A program made the position numbers and the translations under genes. A stretch of 64,000 nt of DNA. Origin: Bacteroidales bacterium. Its GTDB lineage: Bacteria; Bacteroidota; Bacteroidia; Bacteroidales; FEN-979. Location: assembly GCA_963662525.1 (NCBI GenBank), contig OY759717.1, positions 915,436-979,435 of the forward strand, read 5' to 3'. The notes under the pieces were generated by a model, which was not told where the DNA came from, made no database searches, and saw only the letters and a list, made by a program, of their open reading frames with translations. This document shows positions 34,163 through 43,480 of this stretch, piece by piece (position 1 is the stretch's first letter; the number at the start of each line of letters is the position of its first letter).

Positions 34163-34555
34163 ATGAAAACTTTATGCAGAATGCTATTAACTTTTGCTGC
34201 AATGGTATTTATTGCCAATCTGACATTTTCTCAGAAAACAGCAAAGACACAAGATGTTCAAAAAGCCACTATGACCGTTTCCAATACTCAGGGAAAATTC
34301 GTTGATGCCAATAAAAATGGGGTTTGCGATAATTTTGAAGCCCGCGGAAAAACCGTTAAAGGCGCTAACTTTGTAGATAAAAACGGGGATGGGGTTTGCG
34401 ATAACCGGTCTAACTCAGGCAAAGGACTTGGAAAAGGAAAAAGAAACTGCTGTTGCCAGGGTTTACAACACAGGCATGGGCAGGGAAATGGCAACTATTG
34501 CGGTCAGGGTCGCCATTATGGCAATGGACCCGGATGCGGCAATAAAAGTAATTGA
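34163..34555 (+). CDS. Secreted Gly/Cys/Asn-rich small protein with two EF-hand-like loops
   Basis: Signal peptide, then DANKNGVCDNFE and DKNGDGVCDNRS, and a CCC/Gly-rich tail. Confidence 0.4.
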   Translation: MKTLCRMLLTFAAMVFIANLTFSQKTAKTQDVQKATMTVSNTQGKFVDANKNGVCDNFEARGKTVKGANFVDKNGDGVCDNRSNSGKGLGKGKRNCCCQGLQHRHGQGNGNYCGQGRHYGNGPGCGNKSN

Positions 34556-34630
34556 AATCCGCGAAATCACTATATTCTTTCAATCTTTGATTAAAAAATT
34601 TCGCAGAAGACCAGAAAATTGAACCTTATT

Positions 34631-35911
34631 TTATCTGTTTTTAAAGGCGGCTATGCCTGCAAATTTTGAATTATCACCCATTTCGTGTTCGATACGCATC
34701 AACTGGTTAAATTTCTCGACCCGCTCACCCCGGCATCCACTGCCGGTTTTCAGATGCCCGGCATTGACTGCAACCGTAAGATCAGCGATGAAACTATCCA
34801 CGGTTTCGCCGCTGCGGTGCGATACAAAACAGTTATAATTGTTGCGATATGCCAATTCAATAGTTTCCAGGGTTTCTGTGACGGTCCCGATCTGGTTCAG
34901 TTTGATCAGCACCGAATTAGCCACATGCTGTTTGATTCCTCTGGCAAGAATGGATTTGTTGGTGCAGAAGATATCATCGCCAACGATCTCGATCTTGTTA
35001 CCCATCGATCTGGTCAGGTTTTCCCATCCTGCCCAGTCGTTTTCAGCCAGACCGTCTTCGAGGAGTACGATAGGGTATTGCGCAACCCAGCTTTCCCATA
35101 ATTTAACCATATGATCGCTGCTCACCAGTTTTTGTGAACTTTTAAAGAATTTATATTGTCCGTCCTCCCACATTTCGCTGGCAGCAGGGTCAAGACAAAT
35201 GCTCACTTCTTGTCCTGGTTGATATCCTGCTTTAATGATGGCTTCTAAAATCATTTCCACGGCTTCTTCATTGGATTTCAGGTCGGGTGCAAAACCACCT
35301 TCATCACCCACTCCGGTACTAAGACCTTTTGATTTCAGAACCGATTTCAGCATATGAAATACTTCCATTCCCATACGGATTGATTCTGTGAATGATTTTG
35401 CCCCATGGGGTGCGATCATGAATTCCTGAAAATCAACATTGTTATCGGCATGTTTTCCCCCATTGATGACGTTCATACATGGAACAGGCAGTACATGAGC
35501 ATTGGTTCCTCCAAGATATTGGTAAAGAGGAAGTCCGGCACTTTCGGCTTCAGCCCTGGCATAAGCCATGGAAACTGCCAGAATGGCGTTGGCACCGAGT
35601 TTTGATTTATTGTCCGTACCATCGAGTCCGATCATGTAATAATCGAGTTCTCGCTGATTTACGAAGAATTTGCCCTCCAGTTCAGGAGCCAGAATGTTGT
35701 TGACATTATCAACCGCTTTGAGGACGCCTTTACCCCCATAACGCTTTTTATCGCCATCACGCAACTCACAAGCTTCACGCTCGCCTGTGGATGCTCCGCT
35801 GGGCACCATGGCACGCGACATGGTGCCGTCTTCCAGGGTCAGAACTGCTTCAACTGTTGGATTACCCCTTGAATCAAGGATTTCGATGGCATTAATTTGT
35901 TCTATTTCCAT
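34631..35911 (-). CDS. eno: Enolase (phosphopyruvate hydratase)
   Basis: [22 protein letters not shown]...[15 protein letters not shown]. Confidence 0.95.
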   Translation of the reverse strand: MEIEQINAIEILDSRGNPTVEAVLTLEDGTMSRAMVPSGASTGEREACELRDGDKKRYGGKGVLKAVDNVNNILAPELEGKFFVNQRELDYYMIGLDGTDNKSKLGANAILAVSMAYARAEAESAGLPLYQYLGGTNAHVLPVPCMNVINGGKHADNNVDFQEFMIAPHGAKSFTESIRMGMEVFHMLKSVLKSKGLSTGVGDEGGFAPDLKSNEEAVEMILEAIIKAGYQPGQEVSICLDPAASEMWEDGQYKFFKSSQKLVSSDHMVKLWESWVAQYPIVLLEDGLAENDWAGWENLTRSMGNKIEIVGDDIFCTNKSILARGIKQHVANSVLIKLNQIGTVTETLETIELAYRNNYNCFVSHRSGETVDSFIADLTVAVNAGHLKTGSGCRGERVEKFNQLMRIEHEMGDNSKFAGIAAFKNR

Positions 35912-35932
35912 ATATTTAGTTTTTGTGGTAAG

Positions 35933-36154
35933 TTACTTTTCTTTCTCACCCGGATCCTTCATATCGTTGTCAAGCTGAAGGATTTCTTCATCCATTGAAA
36001 GAATTTTCAACAGATGTCTGGGCAGAAATGCAAAATTAGCAATTATTGTGGAAATTACAGCACTGCCGATCACGACTGCAACAAGGTAGGAATATTGTTG
36101 CTTACTGATGATTCCATTGGTCAGTCCGTAAAGAGCTGAATTCGTTATCTGTTT
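35933..36154 (-). pseudogene. 3' remnant of a cation:proton antiporter-like gene (no start codon)
   Basis: Hand translation gives ...TNSALYGLTNGIISKQQYSYLVAVVIGSAVISTIIANFAFLPRHLLKILSMDEEILQLDNDMKDPGEKEK*. The frame opens right after an in-frame TGA. Confidence 0.45.
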
Positions 36155-36233
36155 TCACCGCGATGTCAATATCGCTCAAGAAACCGTCATCGCCTCTGGA
36201 AAAAGATCCCCTTTCTCCAGACGAAGTACTCAT
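36102..36233 (-). pseudogene. 43-codon fragment with a nucleotidyltransferase (MntA-like) motif
   Basis: MSTSSGERGSFSRGDDGFLSDIDIAVKTDNEF... (GSxxRG-x6-SDIDIAV). It runs into the antiporter remnant in a different frame. Confidence 0.35.
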
Positions 36234-36257
36234 ACTTGTTCGAAAAAACCGGAAGTC

Positions 36258-36644
36258 TTACAAAGCCATAATCACTCTTTTCAGCTTTTCCGTAACCTCT
36301 GATGCCAGCGGTTCCAGGGCAGGATTATGAATGGCCATCATGGAAGCCAGTGGATTGACAGCTGAAATTTCGATCAAACCATTTTCCTGTTCAATTAAGG
36401 TGATATTGCAGGGCAACATGGTCCCGATTTTATCCTCTGCCTGCAGCGCTTTGTATGCGAACCCGGGATTACAGGCACCGAGAATACGGTACTTTTTGAA
36501 ATTCACACCGAGTTTCTCGTTCAGTTTTCCCTGAATATCGATATCTGAAATAACGCCAAAACCTTCTGTTTTTAAGGCTTCTGTTGCCAGATGTATCGCC
36601 TCTTCAAAAGAGACGTTCAGCATTTTACTGAAAAAATAGTCCAT
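36258..36644 (-). CDS. DUF302 domain protein
   Basis: FEEAIHLATEALKTEGFGVISDIDIQ...YRILGACNP. Confidence 0.7.
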   Translation of the reverse strand: MDYFFSKMLNVSFEEAIHLATEALKTEGFGVISDIDIQGKLNEKLGVNFKKYRILGACNPGFAYKALQAEDKIGTMLPCNITLIEQENGLIEISAVNPLASMMAIHNPALEPLASEVTEKLKRVIMAL

Positions 36645-36662
36645 GGTTAATGTGCTAATTTA

Positions 36663-36699
36663 TGAATGCATGAATGCAAGAATGCACGAATGCAGGAAT
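36663..36699. repeat. Tandem octamer NGAATGCA, about 4.5 copies
   Basis: The units are tgaatgca, tgaatgca, agaatgca, cgaatgca, ggaat. They lie 19 nt upstream of the DUF302 start. Confidence 0.8.
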
Positions 36700-36733
36700 A
36701 AAAATTTTGGCAAAGATAATTAATATCTGATTG

Positions 36734-36752
36734 AATCGCTTTAGTATCACTA
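36734..36752 (+). promoter_or_regulatory. Conserved box AATCGCTTTAGTATCACTA (copy 3 of 3) upstream of osmC-like gene
   Basis: It is followed by the TATCTTTG -7 box at 36761-36768 and the ATG at 36785. Confidence 0.6.
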
Positions 36753-36784
36753 AATTTTTTTATCTTTGTACAAAAAACAATCCT

Positions 36785-37204
36785 ATGTCAACACAAGTTA
36801 TTGATGTTCAATGGGCGTCAGACCTGGCATTTAAGACGAATGTCAACGGTTTTGAGATCATGCTGGATGCGGATGAAAAAGTTGGCGGGCACAACCTGGG
36901 TCCACGCCCCAAACCTTTCCTCCTGGTTGCCCTGGGTGGTTGTACCGGTATGGATGTGATAGCTATCCTGAAGAAGATGCGCATTGAACCCACATATTTT
37001 AATGTGAAGGTGGAGGGTAATCTCACGGAGGATCATCCCAGACATTTCACAAAGATCCATCTGATCTATGAATTCAGGGGGAACAACCTGCCGATGGAGC
37101 AACTTCAGAAAGCGGTCAGCCTCTCCCAGGAAAGGTATTGCGGGGTTTCAGAAACCTTGAAGAAATCGGTGGAGATCAGTTCGGAAATTCAGATTCTTGA
37201 ATAA
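36785..37204 (+). CDS. OsmC/Ohr-family peroxiredoxin-like protein
   Basis: GPRPKPFLLVALGGCTGMDV...ERYCGV (two conserved Cys). The track start 36731 is a TTG lying inside the promoter. Confidence 0.8.
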   Translation: MSTQVIDVQWASDLAFKTNVNGFEIMLDADEKVGGHNLGPRPKPFLLVALGGCTGMDVIAILKKMRIEPTYFNVKVEGNLTEDHPRHFTKIHLIYEFRGNNLPMEQLQKAVSLSQERYCGVSETLKKSVEISSEIQILE

Positions 37205-37266
37205 TATTCTGTGCGTTACGCAAGTTTTCGGGTAATGGTTTGTCTAATGATAAAACTGGTTTGTGA

Positions 37267-37797
37267 ATGACCGATCCGGAATTGATTGAAGGAATCCTTC
37301 AGCGTGACCGCAATGCCTTCCAATACCTGGTGAATCAATACCAGAAGCAGGTGATCAAGACCGCTTATTATTTTTTAGGGAATATGGAAGAAGCTGAAGA
37401 TCTTTCTCAGGAAATTTTCATGGAAATTATCGATTCCATTGGAAAATTCAGGGGTTCTGCTGCTTTATCGACCTGGATTTACCGCATTACGGTTAATAAA
37501 TCCCTGAACAGGGTGCAAAGGAATAAACGGAGGGACATTTTTGCCCGGATTACCGGGAAGGAACCTTCCATTTTCAACCATTCCATGGAAAGCAATGAGA
37601 CCCGTGAAATCATATACAGGGAGATCCGGCGTTTACCTGAAAATCAGCGAATCGCATTCACCCTTCACAAATTCGATGATATTTCGTATAAAGAGATCGC
37701 CGGTATCATGCAACTCAGTCTTTCATCAGTGGAATCCCTGATACACAGGGCAAAAATCAATCTTCAGAAAAAACTGACGCCTTATGACCTTATTTGA
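37267..37797 (+). CDS. ECF-type RNA polymerase sigma-70 factor
   Basis: Region 2 (AEDLSQEIFMEI...STWIYRITVNKSLN) and region 4 (YKEIAGIMQLSLSSVESLIHRAKINL). Confidence 0.85.
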   Translation: MTDPELIEGILQRDRNAFQYLVNQYQKQVIKTAYYFLGNMEEAEDLSQEIFMEIIDSIGKFRGSAALSTWIYRITVNKSLNRVQRNKRRDIFARITGKEPSIFNHSMESNETREIIYREIRRLPENQRIAFTLHKFDDISYKEIAGIMQLSLSSVESLIHRAKINLQKKLTPYDLI

Positions 37798-38134
37798 TGA
37801 TAAAAATCGCGAGCATGCATTTGACCGCTTTTTTGAGCAGGAGAAAGGGCTTGAACCCAATCCCTTTATGGCCACACGCATCCTGCAGTATATCGATACC
37901 ACCCTCGCTTCCCGGGAGCCGGGACTTGTTTTCAGGAAGCATCGGCTTGCTCAGCCAATCACGGCAGCCATCAGTCTACTACTGGCCTTGTTCATTGGGT
38001 TTGCCCTGGGGAAGATGGGCAGCAATAATCAGACTGCTGTTCCTGATGGATCGCAAACCCTGGAAATCCTGAAGAGCGATCTTTTTATTCATGATTTTGT
38101 GGATGATAATAAAACATTTTTAAGCAACAATTAA
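37784..38134 (+). CDS. Putative anti-sigma factor (single TM)
   Basis: It overlaps the sigma gene's stop and has one TM helix (ITAAISLLLALFIGFALG). Confidence 0.5.
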   Translation: MTLFDDKNREHAFDRFFEQEKGLEPNPFMATRILQYIDTTLASREPGLVFRKHRLAQPITAAISLLLALFIGFALGKMGSNNQTAVPDGSQTLEILKSDLFIHDFVDDNKTFLSNN

Positions 38135-38144
38135 AAATACAGAT

Positions 38145-38657
38145 ATGGAAATCTACAAGAAAAACCGTTTACTGTTCTGGTTACTGCTTTTTTTAATTGT
38201 GATCAATCTTACCGCTATTATCAGTTTCTTCTTTTTCATTCAGAAAGATACTTCCCCGGCCTGTAATGCATCGAAAGCAGGGAAATGCAATGTTTTTCAG
38301 CAGGAGTTGAATTTATCGGAAAGCCAATCGGTGAAGGTGGAGGAAATCAATGCCATCTACCGGAGTAATTCAGAACCTCTGGTTGCATCCATCCGGGAAA
38401 AACGGGCAGGGATTATGAATGAACTGGAAAGCAACCAGCCCGACACCAGCATTTTGGCTGGGTATTCTCTGGAACTTTCCCAGCTTCAGAATAAAATGCA
38501 AATAGAAAATATCCGGCAGTATCTTGCCTTAAAAAGAATATGCAATCCAGAACAGCTGCAACGCTTATCGGCCCTCTACCGCGATTTATACGGATGTCCC
38601 GTAAAGGAAAAGAAAATGCAACATCGTTACCGTCACGGACAGGGGAAAGGCAGATAA
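38145..38657 (+). CDS. Spy/CpxP-family (LTxxQ) periplasmic stress protein
   Basis: N-terminal anchor, LNLSESQSVKVEEI and LSQLQNKM repeats, and a basic tail. Confidence 0.6.
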   Translation: MEIYKKNRLLFWLLLFLIVINLTAIISFFFFIQKDTSPACNASKAGKCNVFQQELNLSESQSVKVEEINAIYRSNSEPLVASIREKRAGIMNELESNQPDTSILAGYSLELSQLQNKMQIENIRQYLALKRICNPEQLQRLSALYRDLYGCPVKEKKMQHRYRHGQGKGR

Positions 38658-38909
38658 TTATTTCTTATCCTTCTTATCTTTCTTTTCTTTCTTATCCTTT
38701 TTCCCTTTTTTCTTATTACAGGTACAACGGTCGCTGGTAAGTGATTTCAGCAGTTCCAGATGTTTCTCGTGAATTTCGATAAGTTTATCGATTTTCTTTT
38801 CCAACAAGTTCGTATCGGGAAAAAACTGCTTGTCGCAGGTATTGGTTTCAATATCCTTCAGGACTTTGAGCATCTGCTCGAGTAGAATTTCTCTTTCTGC
38901 CATGGTCAT
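38658..38909 (-). CDS. Hypothetical small protein with Lys-rich KKDKK tail
   Basis: 83-aa ORF whose stop abuts the convergent Spy gene stop. The tail is low-complexity. Confidence 0.3.
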   Translation of the reverse strand: MTMAEREILLEQMLKVLKDIETNTCDKQFFPDTNLLEKKIDKLIEIHEKHLELLKSLTSDRCTCNKKKGKKDKKEKKDKKDKK

Positions 38910-39041
38910 TATATTTATTCAAATATACAAAATACCTATCAATTCCTTTCTGTCATAAAAAAAAATTAATCCTTACATTTGTTTCAATAAAAGAAACAGA
39001 TGAAGCAATTCCATTCTACCGGTCCTGAAGGGGAGAAAGAA

Positions 39042-39833
39042 ATGACATTTTGGGAACACCTAGATGAGCTGAGGGGTACTTTATGGAGAATTATTATTGC
39101 AGTCATTGTTACTTCCATTCTTGCATTTACATTCAAAGAGATACTCTTCGACCAGGTTTTACTTGCACCGAAATCGAAAGATTTCATCACTTATCGTTTG
39201 CTTTGTCAATTTGGAGAATGGATTTCCATGCCTTCACTATGCATTGATCCTTCAAAATTCAACCTGATCAATATTAATTTGGCCGGGCAATTCATGTCGC
39301 ACATGAACATTTCGCTGGTTGCCGGTTTGATGCTCGCCTTGCCTTATGTTCTCTGGGAACTCTGGAGATTTATTAAGCCCGGTCTGACAGCAATAGAAAT
39401 TCGTCATTCCCGAGGAATCGTGACCATCACCTCGTTTCTGTTTTTGCTTGGTGCAGCTTTCAGTTATTTCATTGTTGCTCCTCTGATGATCAATTTCCTG
39501 GGAGGATATGAGGTAAGTCCTTCGGTCACAAACCAGATTGCTCTTACCTCCTATGTGAGCTCGATTACGCTGATGACCTTGCTGATGGGTTTGCTTTTTG
39601 AGTTGCCTGTAATCGTGCTTTTCCTTACACGGATAGGAATACTGACTCCCGGATTCCTGAAAAAATACCGTAAACATACTGCGATCGCCATTCTCATTAT
39701 TGCCGGTGTAATAACCCCCAGTCCTGATATTTTCAGTCAGCTGATCGTGGCTATACCACTTTATGCACTCTTTGAACTCAGCCTGGTCATCTCGGCAAGG
39801 AGTCACAGGAAACGACAGAATCTTGCCGGATAG
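39042..39833 (+). CDS. tatC: Twin-arginine translocase subunit TatC
   Basis: MTFWEHLDELRGTLWRIIIAVIV... with 6 TM helices. An ATG at 39000 is also possible. Confidence 0.85.
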   Translation: MTFWEHLDELRGTLWRIIIAVIVTSILAFTFKEILFDQVLLAPKSKDFITYRLLCQFGEWISMPSLCIDPSKFNLININLAGQFMSHMNISLVAGLMLALPYVLWELWRFIKPGLTAIEIRHSRGIVTITSFLFLLGAAFSYFIVAPLMINFLGGYEVSPSVTNQIALTSYVSSITLMTLLMGLLFELPVIVLFLTRIGILTPGFLKKYRKHTAIAILIIAGVITPSPDIFSQLIVAIPLYALFELSLVISARSHRKRQNLAG

Positions 39834-39895
39834 CGTTGTAACCTTCCTTTTCGGTCTGCGTCTAAAACGCAATTCAAAATAATATTTTAAATATC

Positions 39896-40345
39896 ATGGA
39901 ACCAAAACGATTTTACAGAAGTACGAGTGACCGAAAAATTGCCGGTGTTGCCGGTGGTCTGGCAGAATATTTTGTCATGGACCCCTTGCTGGTCCGGCTT
40001 ATCTTTGTGGTCCTCGTCTTTGCCGGAGGAGGTGGCGGCCTGATCTATCTCATCCTCTGGATTGTCACACCTGAGAAGCCCTTTGATCCAAGTTCAACCA
40101 TTAATCAAACAGTCATGGAAAATCAGCCAAGCCAACAGCCCGAAGGTGCTTTACCTCCAAAAAAAGAGCCACGTAAAAAAGGCAGCCTTATTGGTGGGTT
40201 AGTTCTCATCACGTTAGGATCACTTTTTCTCATTGATGAGTTCATCCCGAACCTTGATTTCGGTGATCTCTGGCCAGTCATTCTGATTGTGATCGGTATC
40301 GGATTATTGATCAATACTGTAATTGGAAGAAATCAACATAATTAA
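39896..40345 (+). CDS. PspC-domain membrane protein
   Basis: RFYRSTSDRKIAGVAGGLAEYFVMDPLLVRLIFVVL. Confidence 0.8.
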   Translation: MEPKRFYRSTSDRKIAGVAGGLAEYFVMDPLLVRLIFVVLVFAGGGGGLIYLILWIVTPEKPFDPSSTINQTVMENQPSQQPEGALPPKKEPRKKGSLIGGLVLITLGSLFLIDEFIPNLDFGDLWPVILIVIGIGLLINTVIGRNQHN

Positions 40346-40357
40346 CACTGCTGAATT

Positions 40358-41311
40358 ATGAAATACAAACATGTTTTTTGGGGAATCGTCCTCATCGCCA
40401 TCGGCGTCCTCTTCATCCTGAATAATGTCGGAGTTTTTGAATTTGGATGGCGCACCTTATGGAGTTTATGGCCATTGATCCTCATTTTCTGGGGGATTTC
40501 CATATTGCCGGTGAAAGAATGGATGAAAATTACCGGGCTGGTAGTCGTACTGGCTTTTACCATCATTTTCTTTCAAAGGCTTACCGATCATGCACCCTGG
40601 TTTCATTTCCGCAATTTCGACCATGGTCATTGGCATGGCGACTGGGATAGTGAAGATGAAGATGAAGACGATAATTCACCTACTGCCAATTATCAGGAGC
40701 AGCACCTTAGTGTTCCTTTTGATTCGGTCACCCGGAAAGGCATTCTAACCCTGGATGCTGCTGCCGGGAACTTCAAATTAATGGGTGTTACCAATGATTT
40801 CCTCGACTTCAACAAGAAAGGATATATTGGTGATTACTCCTTAACGACTTCCGACGCAAATGCTGTCAAGTGCATTACGCTGAAAACCCAGGAATCTCAT
40901 ATTAAAGGTGGTTTAAGCAATAACCAGGTTGACATCAAGATCAATGAAAAGCCTTCATGGAATTTCAATTTTGATATCGGAGCTGCTGAGATAATTATGG
41001 ACCTAAGCATGTATAAAATTGATACCGCAACCTTGAATGCTGGTGCTTCTTCGATGGATATCAAACTTGGGGAGAAAAATCCTTTAAGTGTATGGACTTT
41101 CAATGCCGGAGCCTCTTCCATAAAAATAAATATCCCAAAAAACAGCGGTTGCCAGGTTTATTCGGAATCATTTATGGTCAGTAAAGAATTTGATGGTTTT
41201 GAAAAGAAGGGAGACCGTACCTATCAGACCATGAATTTCGCTGGCAGTAAAAATAAAATCTATATTACGATCAAAACAGCCATTTCAAAAATAGAGATCA
41301 CCCGTTACTAA
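40358..41311 (+). CDS. LiaF/DUF5668-like membrane protein with C-terminal beta-rich (toastrack-like) domain
   Basis: N-terminal WGIVLIAIGVLFILNNVG...WPLILIFWGISIL, an acidic linker, and repeated NAGASS beta units. Confidence 0.5.
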   Translation: MKYKHVFWGIVLIAIGVLFILNNVGVFEFGWRTLWSLWPLILIFWGISILPVKEWMKITGLVVVLAFTIIFFQRLTDHAPWFHFRNFDHGHWHGDWDSEDEDEDDNSPTANYQEQHLSVPFDSVTRKGILTLDAAAGNFKLMGVTNDFLDFNKKGYIGDYSLTTSDANAVKCITLKTQESHIKGGLSNNQVDIKINEKPSWNFNFDIGAAEIIMDLSMYKIDTATLNAGASSMDIKLGEKNPLSVWTFNAGASSIKINIPKNSGCQVYSESFMVSKEFDGFEKKGDRTYQTMNFAGSKNKIYITIKTAISKIEITRY

Positions 41312-42081
41312 TCTGATTCCAGAAATTCCGAAACGATCCTTAAAAATTCCCCCGGAGCGTCAGCGTGAACCCAATGCGAGGCATTCGCGATGGTAGTCAC
41401 TACTGCTCGGGGGAATTTTCTTTTCATAAGGCCTATATCCCCATCGCTGATATAGGAAGAAAAACCTCCCCTGATAAACAAGGCGGGTCCTTCATAAATA
41501 CCGCCAGCATCAACCTCTTCAAAAACAGATAAAAGATTTTGGTTGATGGATGCCAGGTTTAACCGCCAGTCGAGAGTTCCACGGGTACGCCAATAAACAT
41601 TTTTCAGCAGAAACTGACGCAGCTTTGCACTGGGAACTCGATGTCGGAGCTGATGATCTATATCAGATCTTGATTTTGCAACTGAAAAATCAACCCCTAG
41701 CATTGCATCGATCAATTGCTGGTGTTCCATGCTGGGAGGATATTTCCTCAGACTGATATCCACAACAACCAACTTCTCCACAAGCCCTGGTTGATGCAAG
41801 GCAAACAGCATGGAAGCCTTTCCTCCCAAAGAATGCCCCAGCAGATCAATGTTATGCAAATTATTGTCTTCCAGAAGCTCCAGCAAATCGTCTTCCAGGG
41901 AGGGGAAATCAAAGACCGGACTATGGGGCGACTGGCCATGGTTACGCAAGTCGGGAATATAAACTGAATACTTCGTTCCAATCGATTTTGCAAAACTCAT
42001 CCAATTATCGGAAAGGCCAAATAAACCGTGAAGAATGAGCAGGGGCTTACCCTCTCCAACATGTCGGTAAAAGAGCTTCAT
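41308..42081 (-). CDS. Alpha/beta hydrolase (YbfF-like esterase)
   Basis: LLILHGLFG and the GHSLGG nucleophile elbow. Confidence 0.8.
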   Translation of the reverse strand: MKLFYRHVGEGKPLLILHGLFGLSDNWMSFAKSIGTKYSVYIPDLRNHGQSPHSPVFDFPSLEDDLLELLEDNNLHNIDLLGHSLGGKASMLFALHQPGLVEKLVVVDISLRKYPPSMEHQQLIDAMLGVDFSVAKSRSDIDHQLRHRVPSAKLRQFLLKNVYWRTRGTLDWRLNLASINQNLLSVFEEVDAGGIYEGPALFIRGGFSSYISDGDIGLMKRKFPRAVVTTIANASHWVHADAPGEFLRIVSEFLESD

Positions 42082-42207
42082 TCAGGATAAGTTTATTAAC
42101 ACAATTTTGTTGAAAAATAATCAATAGCCCTTGTCAAAAATACATAAAATTGTTACCTATTTGCAATCGATTTTTTTCGGTTAAAAATTAAAATTCAGAA
42201 AACAAAA

Positions 42208-43479
42208 ATGGAAAAAGTTCCAAACGAAAAACCGCTCACAACACAACCCCCAACCTCAGAAGAAGAAGAGCCTCCAAGTAAACAAACATTCATAGACGAA
42301 GCCTCCCTTTTAGACGAATATTTAAAATCACGAACAGATAGAGACAAGTCGGTTATCAGCGACCGTTCCCTTCAATTCCTTCAAACATACTTTCCTGAAG
42401 CCACCGTTAAAGACTGGAACAACTGGCATTGGCAGATTAAAAATTCCGCCCGTTCCATTGAACAACTGTCGCGGTATATCAATCTTTCAGACAATGAAGT
42501 AAGGCCTGAGGCGGAAAATTCCCAGTCACTTCCTTTACGGATTTCACCTTACTATATCAGTCTTCTTGATCAGAACGATCCGGAACAAGCTTTAAGAAAA
42601 AGTGTCGTTCCGGTATTTGATGAATTTCTGATTCATACAGGAGAGGCATCAGATCCATTATCAGAAGAACATGACAGTCCTGTTCCGAATATCGTTCACC
42701 GTTATCCTGACCGTGTATTGTTTCTGGTCACTGGTTTCTGCTCCACTTATTGCCGGTATTGCACCCGAACCCGGATGGTCGCCAAAGACAAGTGCCATAT
42801 CGGAGTGAAAGCCTGGGAGGCAGGATTGAATTACATAGAACAACATCCTGAAATTCGGGATGTGCTGGTTTCCGGCGGCGACCCGCTGACCATGCCCGAC
42901 CTTCACGTGGAGTATCTGTTGTCGCGTTTACGCAGCATTCCTCATGTGGAGATCATCAGGATAGGGACAAAAGTTCCGGTGGTCCTTCCTCAGCGAATCA
43001 CACGTCCACTGGTCAATATGCTGAAAAAATACCATCCCTTGTATCTCAGTATTCATTTCACTCATGCCGATGAGATCACCGCTGAAGTAAATGAAGCCTG
43101 TGAAAAGCTCGTCAATGCGGGTATTCCCCTGGGAAGCCAGACTGTATTGCTGAAAGGAATCAATGACGATATACAGGTGATGAAAAACCTGATGCATGCT
43201 TTGCTGAAGATCAGGGTTCGTCCATACTACCTCTACCAATGCGATCCCGTGGTCGGTTCCGGGCATTTCCGTACGACCATCGAAAAAGGCCTGGAAATCA
43301 TCAGAGGACTCAGGGGACATACATCAGGTTATGCTGTACCAACATTTGTTGTTGATGCCCCGGGGGGAGGAGGAAAAATTCCTTTACTTCCGGATTATTA
43401 CCTTGGCCATGAGGAAGGCTATGCCTTATTGAAGAATTACGAGGATAAAGTTTTCAGGTATCCTGATTTCCCCAGTTGA
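42208..43479 (+). CDS. KamA-family radical SAM lysine 2,3-aminomutase
   Basis: CSTYCRYCTR cluster motif, GGDPL, a conserved C-terminal region, and a ~50-aa acidic N-terminal extension. Confidence 0.8.
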   Translation: MEKVPNEKPLTTQPPTSEEEEPPSKQTFIDEASLLDEYLKSRTDRDKSVISDRSLQFLQTYFPEATVKDWNNWHWQIKNSARSIEQLSRYINLSDNEVRPEAENSQSLPLRISPYYISLLDQNDPEQALRKSVVPVFDEFLIHTGEASDPLSEEHDSPVPNIVHRYPDRVLFLVTGFCSTYCRYCTRTRMVAKDKCHIGVKAWEAGLNYIEQHPEIRDVLVSGGDPLTMPDLHVEYLLSRLRSIPHVEIIRIGTKVPVVLPQRITRPLVNMLKKYHPLYLSIHFTHADEITAEVNEACEKLVNAGIPLGSQTVLLKGINDDIQVMKNLMHALLKIRVRPYYLYQCDPVVGSGHFRTTIEKGLEIIRGLRGHTSGYAVPTFVVDAPGGGGKIPLLPDYYLGHEEGYALLKNYEDKVFRYPDFPS

Positions 43480-43480
43480 C

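Noticed and set aside
34561-34604. Inverted repeat GCGAAAT ... ATTTCGC between the convergent secreted-protein gene and eno.
   Set aside because: A 7-bp stem with a 30-nt loop is not a convincing intrinsic terminator or regulatory structure.
36663-36699. The octamer array considered as a CRISPR or mobile-element end.
   Set aside because: The units are only 8 nt long and contiguous without spacers. There are no cas genes, terminal inverted repeats or transposase nearby.
38658-38720. Low-complexity ttcttatcc-type DNA repeat.
   Set aside because: It is explained by the KKDKKEKKDKKDKK coding tail of the 83-aa minus-strand ORF. No independent repeat function is evident.
39252-39872. 206-aa minus-strand ORF opposite tatC.
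   Set aside because: It fully overlaps a canonical TatC CDS, is rich in Arg/Gln/His and has no recognisable domain. It looks like a shadow ORF.
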